Source of the DNA: Candidatus Sulfotelmatobacter sp.
GTDB taxonomy: Bacteria > Acidobacteriota > Terriglobia > Terriglobales > Acidobacteriaceae
NCBI GenBank assembly: GCA_030040725.1
Contig: JASHTD010000467.1
Location: forward strand, 1-47,129
DNA length: 47,129 nt
Direction of reading: 5' to 3'
A model generated the notes under the pieces. It ran no database searches and was not told the origin of the DNA. It saw only the letters and a list, made by a program, of their open reading frames with translations. Shown piece after piece: positions 25,950-35,600 of the stretch. Made by a program: the position numbers and the translations under genes. Within the stretch, counting starts at the first letter, position 1. Each line of letters begins with the position of its first letter.

Positions 25950-27707
25950 ATGGCCTACGAGCCCAGGCACATGAAATGGTGGGGCTGGGGAAACGAGGAT
26001 GCTGAATTCTGCCCTTCGGGGCATCCCGGGTTCTGGCCTTATGCAAAAGAAGTGCTCGAAATCGAGCGAGACGATTTCGGCCGCCGCGAGTGGGACCTCG
26101 AGTCCATCGAACTTCCCGAGGCATTCGTCGATGAAAAGTTTCTGGCCCAGTTGCGCTCCTTCCTTAATCCCACACAAATCTCTGACGATCGCAAAGAGCG
26201 GGTGATCCACGCTTACGGCAAGGGATTCCGAGATCTGTTTCGGCTGCGCCGCGGGCTGGCTGGGGGCGCGCCCGATCTGGTCGTCTACCCCGAAAGTGAG
26301 AGAGACGTTTGCCTGACACTACGCGCGGCGGTTGAGCGTGACGTGGCCATCATTCCTTTCGGAGGGGGATCCAATATTTCCGGCTGCCTCGAACGAATGG
26401 AAACCGGGCGCATGGCGGTGTCGCTGGACATGCGGCGAATGCGGCGGGTTTTAGAAGTCGACTTGCGGTCCTTCACCGCGCGGATCGAGGCTGGCGTGTT
26501 CGGCCCTGATCTCGAAGCGCAGCTGAACGCGAGCGGCATGACGCTGGGCCACTTTCCCGATTCGTTTCTACATTCCACGCTGGGCGGATGGATCGCCACG
26601 CGATCGGCAGGAATGCAGAGCGACAAGTACGGCAAGATCGAAGATATGGTCGTGGCCCTGCGGATGGTTACTCCCGAAGGCGAGTTGGCGACCCGCACCG
26701 TTCCCAAATCGTCAAATGGCATCGACATTAAGCATCTCTGCATCGGCAGCGAGGGAACCTTCGGTGTGATCACCGAAGCGACCATGCGGGTGCATGCGCG
26801 GCCAGAAAGGCGCATGGTTCCCGGCTATCTTTTTCCGGAATTCGAAGCCGGTATCGAGGCCATGCGGGAATGTGTGCGGCAGGAATGCATGCCCGCGATG
26901 GTGCGGCTCAATGATCCGGACAAGACCGCGTTATCAATGGCGTTCCGCCCGCCGGCGTCGGGCTTCTCGAAAGTTGCTGGCAGCTTGTTCAAGAACTATC
27001 TGCGCGTAAAGCGCTTTTCGTTGCCGAGAGCTTGTTTAATGCTGACTGCCTTCGAGGGTGGCGACGCCGCGGTTGCCCGGCAGTTGAAGCAGGTGCAGGG
27101 TATCTACCGGAAATGCGGCGCGGTCAGTCTTGGCGCGAGCGCCGGCAAATCGTTCGAAGCAACCAAGTACGACTTTCCTCATATACGGGATTTCTTGCTG
27201 GATCGTGACGTCACCACCGATGTGAGTGAGACTGCGACGATGTGGAGCAATATCACTCCTCTATACAAAGACACAATGACGGTGCTTCGTGATGTGATCG
27301 AGAAGAGTGGAGTGCGTCCGTGGACTGGATGCCACATCAGCCACACCTATCAATGTGGGGCTAGCGTTTACTTTACTTTCGGTTTCCGGCAGAACCAGGG
27401 AAGCGAAATGGAGCAGTATTTGCGGGTTAAGAGAGCCGTGCAGCAATCCTTTATCGATCACGGCGCGACCCTGTCGCACCATCATGCGGTGGGCACTGAA
27501 CACTTGCCTTGGCTGGCGGCTGAGATTTCGACGCTGGGAGTGCACACGATCGCGGCGATCAAACGCAGCCTCGATCCGGCGAACATCATGAACCCGGGTC
27601 GGATGCAACCATCTCAAAATCCATTTGAGGACTGGACAAGCCTGGTTAATCGCACCCGCTCTGTTCTCGGAGTGCACGATCTTCTGGCCAAGCGTGGCGC
27701 TCACTAA
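25950..27707 (+). CDS. FAD-binding (PCMH-type) oxidase resembling alkyldihydroxyacetonephosphate synthase (AGPS)
   Basis: 585 aa. N-terminal HMKWWGWGNED resembles the AGPS K-W-N-G-W-G signature. Also PDLVVYPESERDV, IIPFGGGSNISG, GHFPDSFLHSTLGGWIATRSAGMQSDKYGKIEDMV and GSEGTFGVITEATMRV. GAGGA RBS lies before the ATG. Confidence 0.8.
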   Translation: MAYEPRHMKWWGWGNEDAEFCPSGHPGFWPYAKEVLEIERDDFGRREWDLESIELPEAFVDEKFLAQLRSFLNPTQISDDRKERVIHAYGKGFRDLFRLRRGLAGGAPDLVVYPESERDVCLTLRAAVERDVAIIPFGGGSNISGCLERMETGRMAVSLDMRRMRRVLEVDLRSFTARIEAGVFGPDLEAQLNASGMTLGHFPDSFLHSTLGGWIATRSAGMQSDKYGKIEDMVVALRMVTPEGELATRTVPKSSNGIDIKHLCIGSEGTFGVITEATMRVHARPERRMVPGYLFPEFEAGIEAMRECVRQECMPAMVRLNDPDKTALSMAFRPPASGFSKVAGSLFKNYLRVKRFSLPRACLMLTAFEGGDAAVARQLKQVQGIYRKCGAVSLGASAGKSFEATKYDFPHIRDFLLDRDVTTDVSETATMWSNITPLYKDTMTVLRDVIEKSGVRPWTGCHISHTYQCGASVYFTFGFRQNQGSEMEQYLRVKRAVQQSFIDHGATLSHHHAVGTEHLPWLAAEISTLGVHTIAAIKRSLDPANIMNPGRMQPSQNPFEDWTSLVNRTRSVLGVHDLLAKRGAH

Positions 27708-28038
27708 TAGAGCGCAGGAGCGGGCGTCCCAGGTTTTCTCCTCAAATCTGCTCGGCCGTAGTCCCCGGCGACTCGAGGCCCGCAAACTGTTGAAATTCAA
27801 GCATCTTGCATGAGGATGATCTAAGGTCCACTGCCGAGCAAGGTAACTAACGTGCCCATCATCTCCACGGGATGGGGGCTCAACGATGCCAGTTGGTGGT
27901 TTTGTAACGATGCGTAAAAGCGAAATTCAAATCTCTGAGCATCTGCATCTAAACAGCTAAACTAAAGAGAATTGGAGATACCGAATATAGGTGGACGTCT
28001 TTTCCCAGGGGCGCGCAATTGGAACGGAGGTTGATGTC

Positions 28039-29151
28039 ATGAGATCAAATCTTTTAAAGAACAAGTTGCTGACGGGTTTGCTCGTGTGCGTGTTTGCATT
28101 CGCGGTGAGCCCGGTCGTGCCGCAGCTATACGGACAGGATGCTGCGCCGCCCCAGGACCAGGCTACGCCTCCGCCGCAAGATCAGGATCAGGCGCAGGCT
28201 CCGGCGAACGAGGCGCCGGCTCCGGATCAGCCTGCACCCTCGCACCTCACGCCGGAGCAACTGCAGGAACTGGTTGCGCCGATCGCTCTTTATCCTGATG
28301 CACTCGTGGCGCAGATTCTTGCGGCTTCCGCCTATCCGACGCAGATTGTCGAAGCCGAGCGTTTCCTGCAACAGAATCCGGACCTAAAAGGCAAGGAACT
28401 GGGAGATGCGGTGAACCAGCAGGATTGGGATCCGAGCGTGAAGGCGTTGTGCCAGTTCCCAACCGTGCTGGCCAACATGGATAAAGATCTGTCATGGACT
28501 TCGGAACTGGGGGACGCAAATGTCAATCAGCAAGCCGACGTCATGAACGCAATTCAATACATGCGGCATCAGGCAGAACAGGCCGGAAATCTGAAGAGTA
28601 CGCCGCAGCAGACGGTAGCCAATCAGGGAGACGATATCGATATCGAACCGGCAGATCCCGACGTGGTTTACGTGCCGGTTTACAACCCGGCCTACGTATA
28701 CGGATATCCAGTGGGATTGTGGCCGGGCTTTTATCCGTGGTGGGGAATTGGTGGGCCGTATTTCTCGTTTGGCATTGGATTTCCCATCGGGCCGTTTTTC
28801 GGATTTGGTTGGGGCTGGCATGCCTGGGGGTTTGATTGGTATCACCACGGAATCGTATGGGGCGGCCATCCATACGCCTTTCATAGCCGCGCTTTCTACG
28901 ATCGCAACGCCTACTTCCATGGCGAGTTCCGGGGTGGTTTCCGCGGCGGATTCGCGCCCGGCGATCGAAGCCTGCGTGGATTCGGGGCACCGGCTGGACG
29001 CGGCGCTGTCGGCGGACACCCGGGAGCGTTTGGCGGGATTAATCACGGAGCAGAATCCCGTGGTTTTGCCGCGCGCGGACGTTCTAGCTTCGGCGGCGGC
29101 GGGTTTCACGGAGGCGGCGGATCCCACGGCGGAGGTGGTGGGCGCCGCTAA
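28039..29151 (+). CDS. DUF3300-domain secreted protein with P/Q/D-rich linker and aromatic/Gly/Arg-rich tail
   Basis: LVAPIALYPDALVAQILAASAYPTQIVEAERF is the DUF3300 signature as I recall it. Signal peptide MRSNLLKNKLLTGLLVCVFAFAVSP. The ORF track starts at GTG 27991, but ATG 28039 has GGAGG 8 nt upstream. Confidence 0.8.
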   Translation: MRSNLLKNKLLTGLLVCVFAFAVSPVVPQLYGQDAAPPQDQATPPPQDQDQAQAPANEAPAPDQPAPSHLTPEQLQELVAPIALYPDALVAQILAASAYPTQIVEAERFLQQNPDLKGKELGDAVNQQDWDPSVKALCQFPTVLANMDKDLSWTSELGDANVNQQADVMNAIQYMRHQAEQAGNLKSTPQQTVANQGDDIDIEPADPDVVYVPVYNPAYVYGYPVGLWPGFYPWWGIGGPYFSFGIGFPIGPFFGFGWGWHAWGFDWYHHGIVWGGHPYAFHSRAFYDRNAYFHGEFRGGFRGGFAPGDRSLRGFGAPAGRGAVGGHPGAFGGINHGAESRGFAARGRSSFGGGGFHGGGGSHGGGGGRR

Positions 29152-29215
29152 TCGGGCGCGCACAAAATTATAAGGCCACTTCTAACATTGATCGAAACTG
29201 CAAGGAGTAAGGACC

Positions 29216-30169
29216 ATGTACCACAATCGGCTTAGTCGCGAAAGTTTGGATTCGAAAGGTCTCGGCGCGATCACCGGCATTGCAATCTTTGCAATGGTGA
29301 TGGCATGCGCTCCTGTTCCCGCCACTGCCCAGCAATCGGGGCAGGAAACATTCGCCTCAGCAGGTAAGGCGAGCCACGCTCTGGTGGCCGCTCTGAAAGC
29401 GGATGATCAATCGACGTTGCTGAAAATTCTTGGCCCCGATGCGAAAGACATTGTTTCTTCCGGCGATCCTGTCGAAGACAAGGACAACCGGGCCGAGTTC
29501 GTGAAGAAGTACGGGCAGATGCACCGCCTGGTGACGGAACCGAGCGGCGAAACGACGCTCTACATCGGCGCGGAAAACTGGCCAACTCCGATTCCTCTGG
29601 CGCACAAGGGCAACGTCTGGTATTTCGATACCCCTGCGGGCAAGCAGGAAGTCTTATATCGCAGGGTGGGCAGGAACGAACTGGCGGTCATTCAGGTTTG
29701 CCACGAGCTGGTCGACGCGCAAAAGCAATATTACGGCCAGCCACACGATGGCAACTCGGCGCACGTCTATGCGGAGAAATTCATGAGCGACCCAGGCAAG
29801 CAAAACGGCCTGTACTGGGAAGTGAGCGCCGGCGAAACCGAAAGTCCGATCGGGCCGCTTGTGGCGGAGGCCTCCGCCATGGGCTATTCGACCGGCCACA
29901 AGCCGGAGCCGTTTCACGGTTATTACTTCCGAATTCTCAAGGCGGAAAAAGGCGCCGCCGGAACGAAGAGCTACATCCAGGATGGAAAGATGACCGGCGG
30001 ATTCGCGTTTCTGGCCTACCCGGCCGAGTATCGTAACTCGGGAGTGATGACCTTTATCGTCGATCAGAATGGCATAGTTTACGAAAAGGATCTTGGCAAG
30101 CGGACGCCAGAGGTTTCGAAGACTCTGACTCGATACTCGCGCGACAAGACTTGGCGCAAGGCAGACTGA
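29216..30169 (+). CDS. DUF2950-domain secreted protein
   Basis: 317 aa with signal peptide. The C-terminal GGFAFLAYPAEYRNSGVMTFIVDQNGIVYEKDLG matches the DUF2950 signature as I recall it. AAGGAG RBS. Confidence 0.78.
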   Translation: MYHNRLSRESLDSKGLGAITGIAIFAMVMACAPVPATAQQSGQETFASAGKASHALVAALKADDQSTLLKILGPDAKDIVSSGDPVEDKDNRAEFVKKYGQMHRLVTEPSGETTLYIGAENWPTPIPLAHKGNVWYFDTPAGKQEVLYRRVGRNELAVIQVCHELVDAQKQYYGQPHDGNSAHVYAEKFMSDPGKQNGLYWEVSAGETESPIGPLVAEASAMGYSTGHKPEPFHGYYFRILKAEKGAAGTKSYIQDGKMTGGFAFLAYPAEYRNSGVMTFIVDQNGIVYEKDLGKRTPEVSKTLTRYSRDKTWRKAD

Positions 30170-30217
30170 ACTCGCAGATTCGCCGGATTTTTCTGAAAAA
30201 ATCTCCCGAAGCAAAAC

Positions 30218-30249
30218 AAGAGGGCGGCGGGCTCACGGCCAGCCCTCTT
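30218..30249 (+). terminator. Hairpin downstream of the DUF2950 gene
   Basis: AAGAGGGC...GCCCTCTT has an 8-bp stem, extendable by GGC/GCC inside the loop. The T-containing sequence AGTCTTTCG follows. Confidence 0.4.
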
Positions 30250-30255
30250 AGTCTT

Positions 30256-30294
30256 TCGACACACCAATGTCGACACACCGAGTATTGACACACC
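30256..30294 (+). repeat. Three direct copies of T[C/T]GACACACC at 14-15 bp spacing
   Basis: TCGACACACC (30256..30265), TCGACACACC (30270..30279) and TTGACACACC (30285..30294), about 100-140 bp upstream of the PNGase-A-like ATG. Confidence 0.6.
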
Positions 30295-30313
30295 CGGAAG
30301 AACGCGCCATACT
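30285..30313 (+). promoter_or_regulatory. Candidate sigma-70-type promoter for the PNGase-A-like gene
   Basis: TTGACA (30285..30290, inside repeat copy 3), a 17-nt spacer, then CATACT (30308..30313). Confidence 0.35.
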
Positions 30314-30395
30314 TCGACCCCAGTGAAAATTCGACCAGCTGGCGTCCAGATGCCAGGACTGGCAAGGCTTTTCCCATTCTCCCAGGAGGATTTAC

Positions 30396-32078
30396 ATGTC
30401 CTTTACCCTTCGTTTTCCGCGGAGTCTTTATCCGCTGCTGTTTGTGCTGACGGCATTTATTCCATCCGCGTTTGCTTCTGGCCCCTACACACTCGGCTCG
30501 GGAAATACGGTTACTGCCGATCCCAATGTGACCTATCCTTCGACCAAACCGTGCATTGTGACCCTATTCAAGCAGGCTTCGTTCTACGACTTCAACGTGG
30601 AGAATTTTAACTACACGCCGCCGGAGGCGTGCCCTGGGCCATGGGCCAAGGTAATCCTCGAAGCGGATATCAACTTGAACGCGGGAATTCAATACGACCG
30701 AACGGCAAATTTCTGGCTCGGGCCGGTCAACATTTACTTCGGCACCACGGCTGAGCCGTCGCCAAATCTCGGCCCGTCGTGGCACATTGAGAACGATCTC
30801 ACCGATTACAGTTCGATTTTCTACACTGCGCAAAGTGGACAGGCCGATATTGGAAATACCCTGTGCTGCGGCCTCACTTCGACGATATATGCCTCGGCAG
30901 CACTCAAGTTCTATCCCCTGGCGCCCGGCCAGAGTGCGCCGGTGAGCGCCGATCAGGTGTATGCGCTTTCTGCCGGTCCTTCGGGGGGAACCGTAACCCT
31001 GAACACTGGCTCGAGCACTCTTTCCGCGACGTTCTCGCTACCCACCAACGTGCAAAGCGCTTATCTCGACGTTTACTCGCAAAGCCAATCGGATGACGAA
31101 TTCTGGTACACGTGCGTCCCGAACGACGTTTCGTCGGAACTGGAAAGCTGCAGCAACACCGCCTTCCGCGAAACCGAGATCACCATCGACGGCCAGCCTG
31201 CCGGAGTAGCCCCAGTCTATCCGTGGATTTTCACCGGCGGCATCGATCCTTATCTTTGGTTCCCGATTCCCGGCGTGCAAACCTTGAATTTCATTCCTTA
31301 TCGCGTGAATCTCACGCCTTTTGCCGGAGTGCTGAGCAATGGCCAGCCGCACACGGTTTCGCTCAGCGTCTATAACGCCGACAGCTATTTCTCGGCGACT
31401 GCGTCCCTGCTGGTTTATCTCGACAAGGGAACGAGCCAAGTGACCGGAGCGATCACTCAAAACACTCTGAGCACGCCATCTCCTACGATTACGGAAAATC
31501 TGAATGTGCAGCCCACCTATCTCGACGGCACGGTCCTGGTGACCTCGAATCGCAGCTTCGTGATCGCCGGCTACGCCAACACCTCGCAAGGAAAAGTGAC
31601 CACGACGGTCGCGCAAAATGTGAGCTTCCAGAGCAAGCAGTATTTCGAGATTTATTCAACGCGATACCTGCAGGAAATCACGCAGGAGTCGACCGTTTCT
31701 TCGACAACCACGACTGCCGGCGGAAGCTCGCCGAATACTGTGAACACTCAGTATTTCAGCTTCCCGCTGACGCTGGACATCAATGAAGAGTTCCCGCCGA
31801 ATGGGAATATTATTCAGACTACGGCGGCGGTTCAGAATTACACCGCGACCGATACCACCACGCAGAACGGAACGACCACTTACACCAGTTCGATGGTGAA
31901 TTCCGGCAAGCACAAAGACACGCTGGAATTGGATTCATCCTTTAATCTGCTGGGGAATACGAATCAATCGGCGGCTCAGCAGTACAGTTACTCCGATTCG
32001 ACGGGCGCCAGCTATCAGTGCAACCTGTCCGCTGCGGCTAACGTGCTAACGTATTTCAGCGCAGGGTGCGTAGAGTAA
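30396..32078 (+). CDS. Secreted PNGase-A-like protein (peptide-N4-(N-acetyl-beta-glucosaminyl)asparagine amidase A family)
   Basis: 560 aa with signal peptide. PPEACPGPWAKVILEADINLNAGIQYDRTANFWLGPVNIYFGTTAEPS parallels the N-terminal PNGase A block (C..W.kVvL....kGrQfDR...vwlggvE..rtsTaEP) as I recall it. AGGAGG RBS. Confidence 0.6.
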   Translation: MSFTLRFPRSLYPLLFVLTAFIPSAFASGPYTLGSGNTVTADPNVTYPSTKPCIVTLFKQASFYDFNVENFNYTPPEACPGPWAKVILEADINLNAGIQYDRTANFWLGPVNIYFGTTAEPSPNLGPSWHIENDLTDYSSIFYTAQSGQADIGNTLCCGLTSTIYASAALKFYPLAPGQSAPVSADQVYALSAGPSGGTVTLNTGSSTLSATFSLPTNVQSAYLDVYSQSQSDDEFWYTCVPNDVSSELESCSNTAFRETEITIDGQPAGVAPVYPWIFTGGIDPYLWFPIPGVQTLNFIPYRVNLTPFAGVLSNGQPHTVSLSVYNADSYFSATASLLVYLDKGTSQVTGAITQNTLSTPSPTITENLNVQPTYLDGTVLVTSNRSFVIAGYANTSQGKVTTTVAQNVSFQSKQYFEIYSTRYLQEITQESTVSSTTTTAGGSSPNTVNTQYFSFPLTLDINEEFPPNGNIIQTTAAVQNYTATDTTTQNGTTTYTSSMVNSGKHKDTLELDSSFNLLGNTNQSAAQQYSYSDSTGASYQCNLSAAANVLTYFSAGCVE

Positions 32079-32098
32079 AAAATCTCAGAACACACGAA

Positions 32099-32129
32099 CG
32101 CCCGGGCTTTTGCCCGGGCGTTTTTATTT
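32099..32129 (+). terminator. Rho-independent terminator between the convergent PNGase-A-like and trxA genes
   Basis: CGCCCGGGC-tttt-GCCCGGGCG has a 9-bp GC stem and is followed by TTTTTATTT. Confidence 0.8.
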
Positions 32130-32154
32130 GCAGATTTATTTTGCAGGGAGAGCT

Positions 32155-32487
32155 TCAGCCAATGTGCCGGTCGAGCGCCTGCGCGATGGCTTCCTTGGGG
32201 CGGTAGCCAACCAGTTGCTCGACAACCTGGCCGCCTTTGAAGACCAAAAGCGTTGGAATTCCCGTAACTTTGTAGCGCATGGGGGTGGCGCTATTGGCGT
32301 CCACATCCATTTTGCCGATCTTGATCTTCCCCTGATAGTCCTTCGCCAGTTCCTCGACAATCGGGGCGATCGCGCGGCAGGGGCCGCACCACGTCGCCCA
32401 GAAGTCCACCAGAACGGGCTTGTCTGACTTCAACACGTCTGCGTCGAAGTTTGCATCCGTCACCTCGACGATCCCATTGCCTGCCAT
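32155..32487 (-). CDS. trxA: Thioredoxin
   Basis: MAGNGIVEVTDANFDADVLKSDKPVLVDFWATWCGPCRAIAP... carries the WCGPC active site. GAGGAG RBS lies upstream of ATG 32487. The 173-aa ORF-track version (to 32676) is an upstream read-through extension. Confidence 0.93.
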   Translation of the reverse strand: MAGNGIVEVTDANFDADVLKSDKPVLVDFWATWCGPCRAIAPIVEELAKDYQGKIKIGKMDVDANSATPMRYKVTGIPTLLVFKGGQVVEQLVGYRPKEAIAQALDRHIG

Positions 32488-32687
32488 ATTTGTTTCTCCT
32501 CGTTGTAAACGTCGCGTTTTCGGCGGACGCTCCCGTGTTCTCCAAACAACGAGTGTCGTGCCGGGTTTTGCGATGTAGATGTATAAATGCAGTCCAACTA
32601 CTGGACCTATTATCGTACCACTGCTATTCGATGCGCGGGAGCAAAGGAAGGTCGCAAAAGCCAGAAAGGGGTGCACCGGTGTGGGCG

Positions 32688-35600
32688 CTAGAAGACGAAT
32701 TTCAAGGCTGCCTGCATCAGACGCGGCGGGGCGGTGCTGACTACATCCCCGAACGACGAACTGTTGATGTTGCCGTTTACCGAGGCCGGTCCGTAAAACT
32801 GGGCGTGGTTGAACACGTTAAAGCCTTCGAAACGAAACTGCAGGGACTTGGACTCGCCAAGAAGCAGAGTTTTTTGCAACGCGAGATCGTAATTGTCCAG
32901 TCCCGGCCCAAAAAAGAACCGGCGTTTGGCATTGCCCGGAGTGCCCAGAGGCTGCAGGCTGAAAAGCGAAGTGTTGAAGTAGGGCTGGCCATTGCGCGGG
33001 TTGGAATTCAATTGCAACGGGCCGGGAGTGTATTGCGGCTCATCGACGCCGTAATTGTTGACTCCGTTGGGCTCGGCGCCCAGCAACGAATTGTCGCCGT
33101 AGTTGAGCAGCGTAACCGGAAAGCCGCTGCTGAAGCGGGTAATGCCGGAGATCGTCCAGCCGTTTGTCCAGCCATTCGCCACGCGGAAAAAACGAGGCAG
33201 TGGAAGCTCATAGGCGTAGCTGGCCACGAAATTCTGTTGCACGTCGAAAGCGGAGAGAGCGCGGCTAAGCGAAGCATTGATCGGGTTTACTTCTTCGCCG
33301 AGGTTCGAAGATTCGTCGAGTGACTTGCTGAAGGTGTAACCGGCAAAAAGTTGCAAAGCTCCGTTGGTGTGGCGCAGGTTAAGCTCCAGCGCATTGTAAG
33401 TGGAATTGCCGATCGTGGACTGATTGGTATTGCTGCCGAAACTCGGGCCGAGTGGTCCGCGGGTTCCATTCACGATTCGGCCAGATGCGGTGGTGTATAC
33501 ATTATTTTCGCCGAAAGGCCCGCAGGTTGCGGATCCCGGCGCTACTTCGCTGGTCTGGCTCAAACTAAGGCACAGAGCCGGATCGCCAGGATTGGATTCC
33601 ACCAGCACCAGAAGACGATGGGCCTGATTGCCGACATAGCTGGCTGTAAGCAAGGTCTTGTCACCGAGTTGGCGCTCGATGGAAAACATATATTGCTCGG
33701 TATAAGGGATGCGGTTGTGGATGGAATAACCCGGGATGCCGCTGATCGGTTCATACTGCGACCAGTCGATGCTGGTGTCTGGATGGCTACTGGAGGCATT
33801 CAGTGGCGCAAGATCAACGGGAAAATACTGGCCCAGATTGTTTCCGTTGGAAGCGGTTACAAATGGATCGGAAAACAGCGGAGGAGCCGGGCTGCTGTAA
33901 GTGGTTCCATAAGGAGCGTTGGCTGCAAGCACGCCGATCGTGAGCGCCTCGATCGACGTGTAATACATTCCGAAACCGGCACGAATGCTGGTCTGGCCCG
34001 GACCACCCAGGAGCTTGCCAAGAAAACCGTCGCCGAGCCGAGGTGAATAAGCCAAGCCAAGGCGCGGCGCAAATTCGTCGCCCGGAGGCGCGAGCGTGCG
34101 CCGCACTCCCGGATCCGTGGGATAAAGAATTCCGGCTGGCGCGCCGGGAAATACTACAGATTGTTTGCCCGGTTCGGTCGTCGAAATCTGATTGTACTTT
34201 TCGTACCACGGCTCTATGCGATCCCAGCGCAAACCGTAGTTGAGCGTGAGGCTCGAATTAACCCGCCAACTATCCTGGCCGAAGAGGCCTGCATACTTGT
34301 TGCGGCCGTAGAAGGGATCGAGCTGGCTCTGATTGTATTGGCTAGGAATGCCGAGCAGGAAATCGGCAAAGTCCGAGCCCGTCTCGCTTCCGGTGAAAAG
34401 AAAACTTCCATTGAACTGGGCAATCGGATTCACGTTGACCTGATCGAAGTGAAACTCGCCTCCGACTCTCAGCGTGTGGCGTCCGATTACTTTCGAGAGA
34501 CTATCCAGCCACTGGTAGGTATTATTCGCCTGCTTCAGTTCGTTTGTATTCGTGCCGGTGGAGAAATTATTGAAGACGAGATTTTCCACTCCTGCGCTCT
34601 GAGGAGCGAGAGCGATGATGGAAGGCGATCCCGAAGAAGTGGTAAATCCCTGCGACGCCAGGCTCACGCCGAGACCACCTAGCGGTTTCCCCAAATCATT
34701 GAAAGAGCGCATATAGCTGAAGTGGGCTTCGTTGACCGCGGTGGTATTCAGCGTCTTTATTTCGCCCAGGCTGAACAGCTGTGCTCGACCCAGATAAAGG
34801 GCGTTAAAGCCAGGAACGCTGGCTCCTCCCTGAGCGACCGGATAAGGATTATTCAGCGAATAGTCGTCGAGGAAGTAATAGGCAGAGACCAATCCCCAGC
34901 GGGTGTTGGCGTCGAGGCGCAGCGCGCCCTTGTCATCGCGCAGAGCCTGATTGTTCGCGGAGGTGGAAAAGAAATTTCCCTGTTGATTGGGAATGGGGAT
35001 GTACTGCAGCAGATGCCGGGCGGGAGTTGACCAAGCACTGCCGGGAATTTGCAATGTCGGAAGGACGCAAGCATGCGGAGTGCTGGTTCTCGAGGTGTAG
35101 TTCGGGCTCGAGCAGCCGGGGAAATAGTACGGCTCTCCGGCGAAAATCGGATGGCCGAAGCTTTGGGTGAGCGTTCCGGCCCAGCCGGGACCGTTGACCA
35201 GTGTGGGTGTAACTGCTGATTCCCCGTTGATTGTCTGACTTGTGTAGAAGGAACTGGCCAAGTCGCTGAAGTTTCCGTTGCGTTCGTCGATCGAGGGGAC
35301 GGGGATCAGTCCGGTATCGACTCCCTGACGCTGGCGCGTACCCTGGTAGTCGGAAAAGAAGAAAATCTGGTTGCGCCGGATGGGACCGCCAAACGTCCCC
35401 CCAAACTGGTTTTGAATGAAAGTGCCGCGATCCGGGGAGAAATAGCTGCGTGCATCGAGATCCGTATTGCGTAGAAATTCGAAGAGATCGCCATGAAAAG
35501 AATTAGTGCCCGATTTGGTGACTACATTGATCTGGCCTCCGCTGAATTCACCATATTCCGCGTCGAAATTGCTGGTGAGAATGCGAAACTCGGCGATGGA

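Noticed and set aside
32504-32522. TGTAAACGTCGCGTTTTCG upstream of trxA as a third LacI operator
   Set aside because: It has three extra central bases and a broken right arm (GTTTTC instead of GTTTAC), so it is not a dyad of the 8975-type site. It is probably a chance similarity.
32488-32676. 63-codon N-terminal extension of the thioredoxin ORF (173-aa version)
   Set aside because: The extension has no thioredoxin homology. A strong GAGGAG RBS precedes the internal ATG, which yields a canonical ~110-aa thioredoxin.
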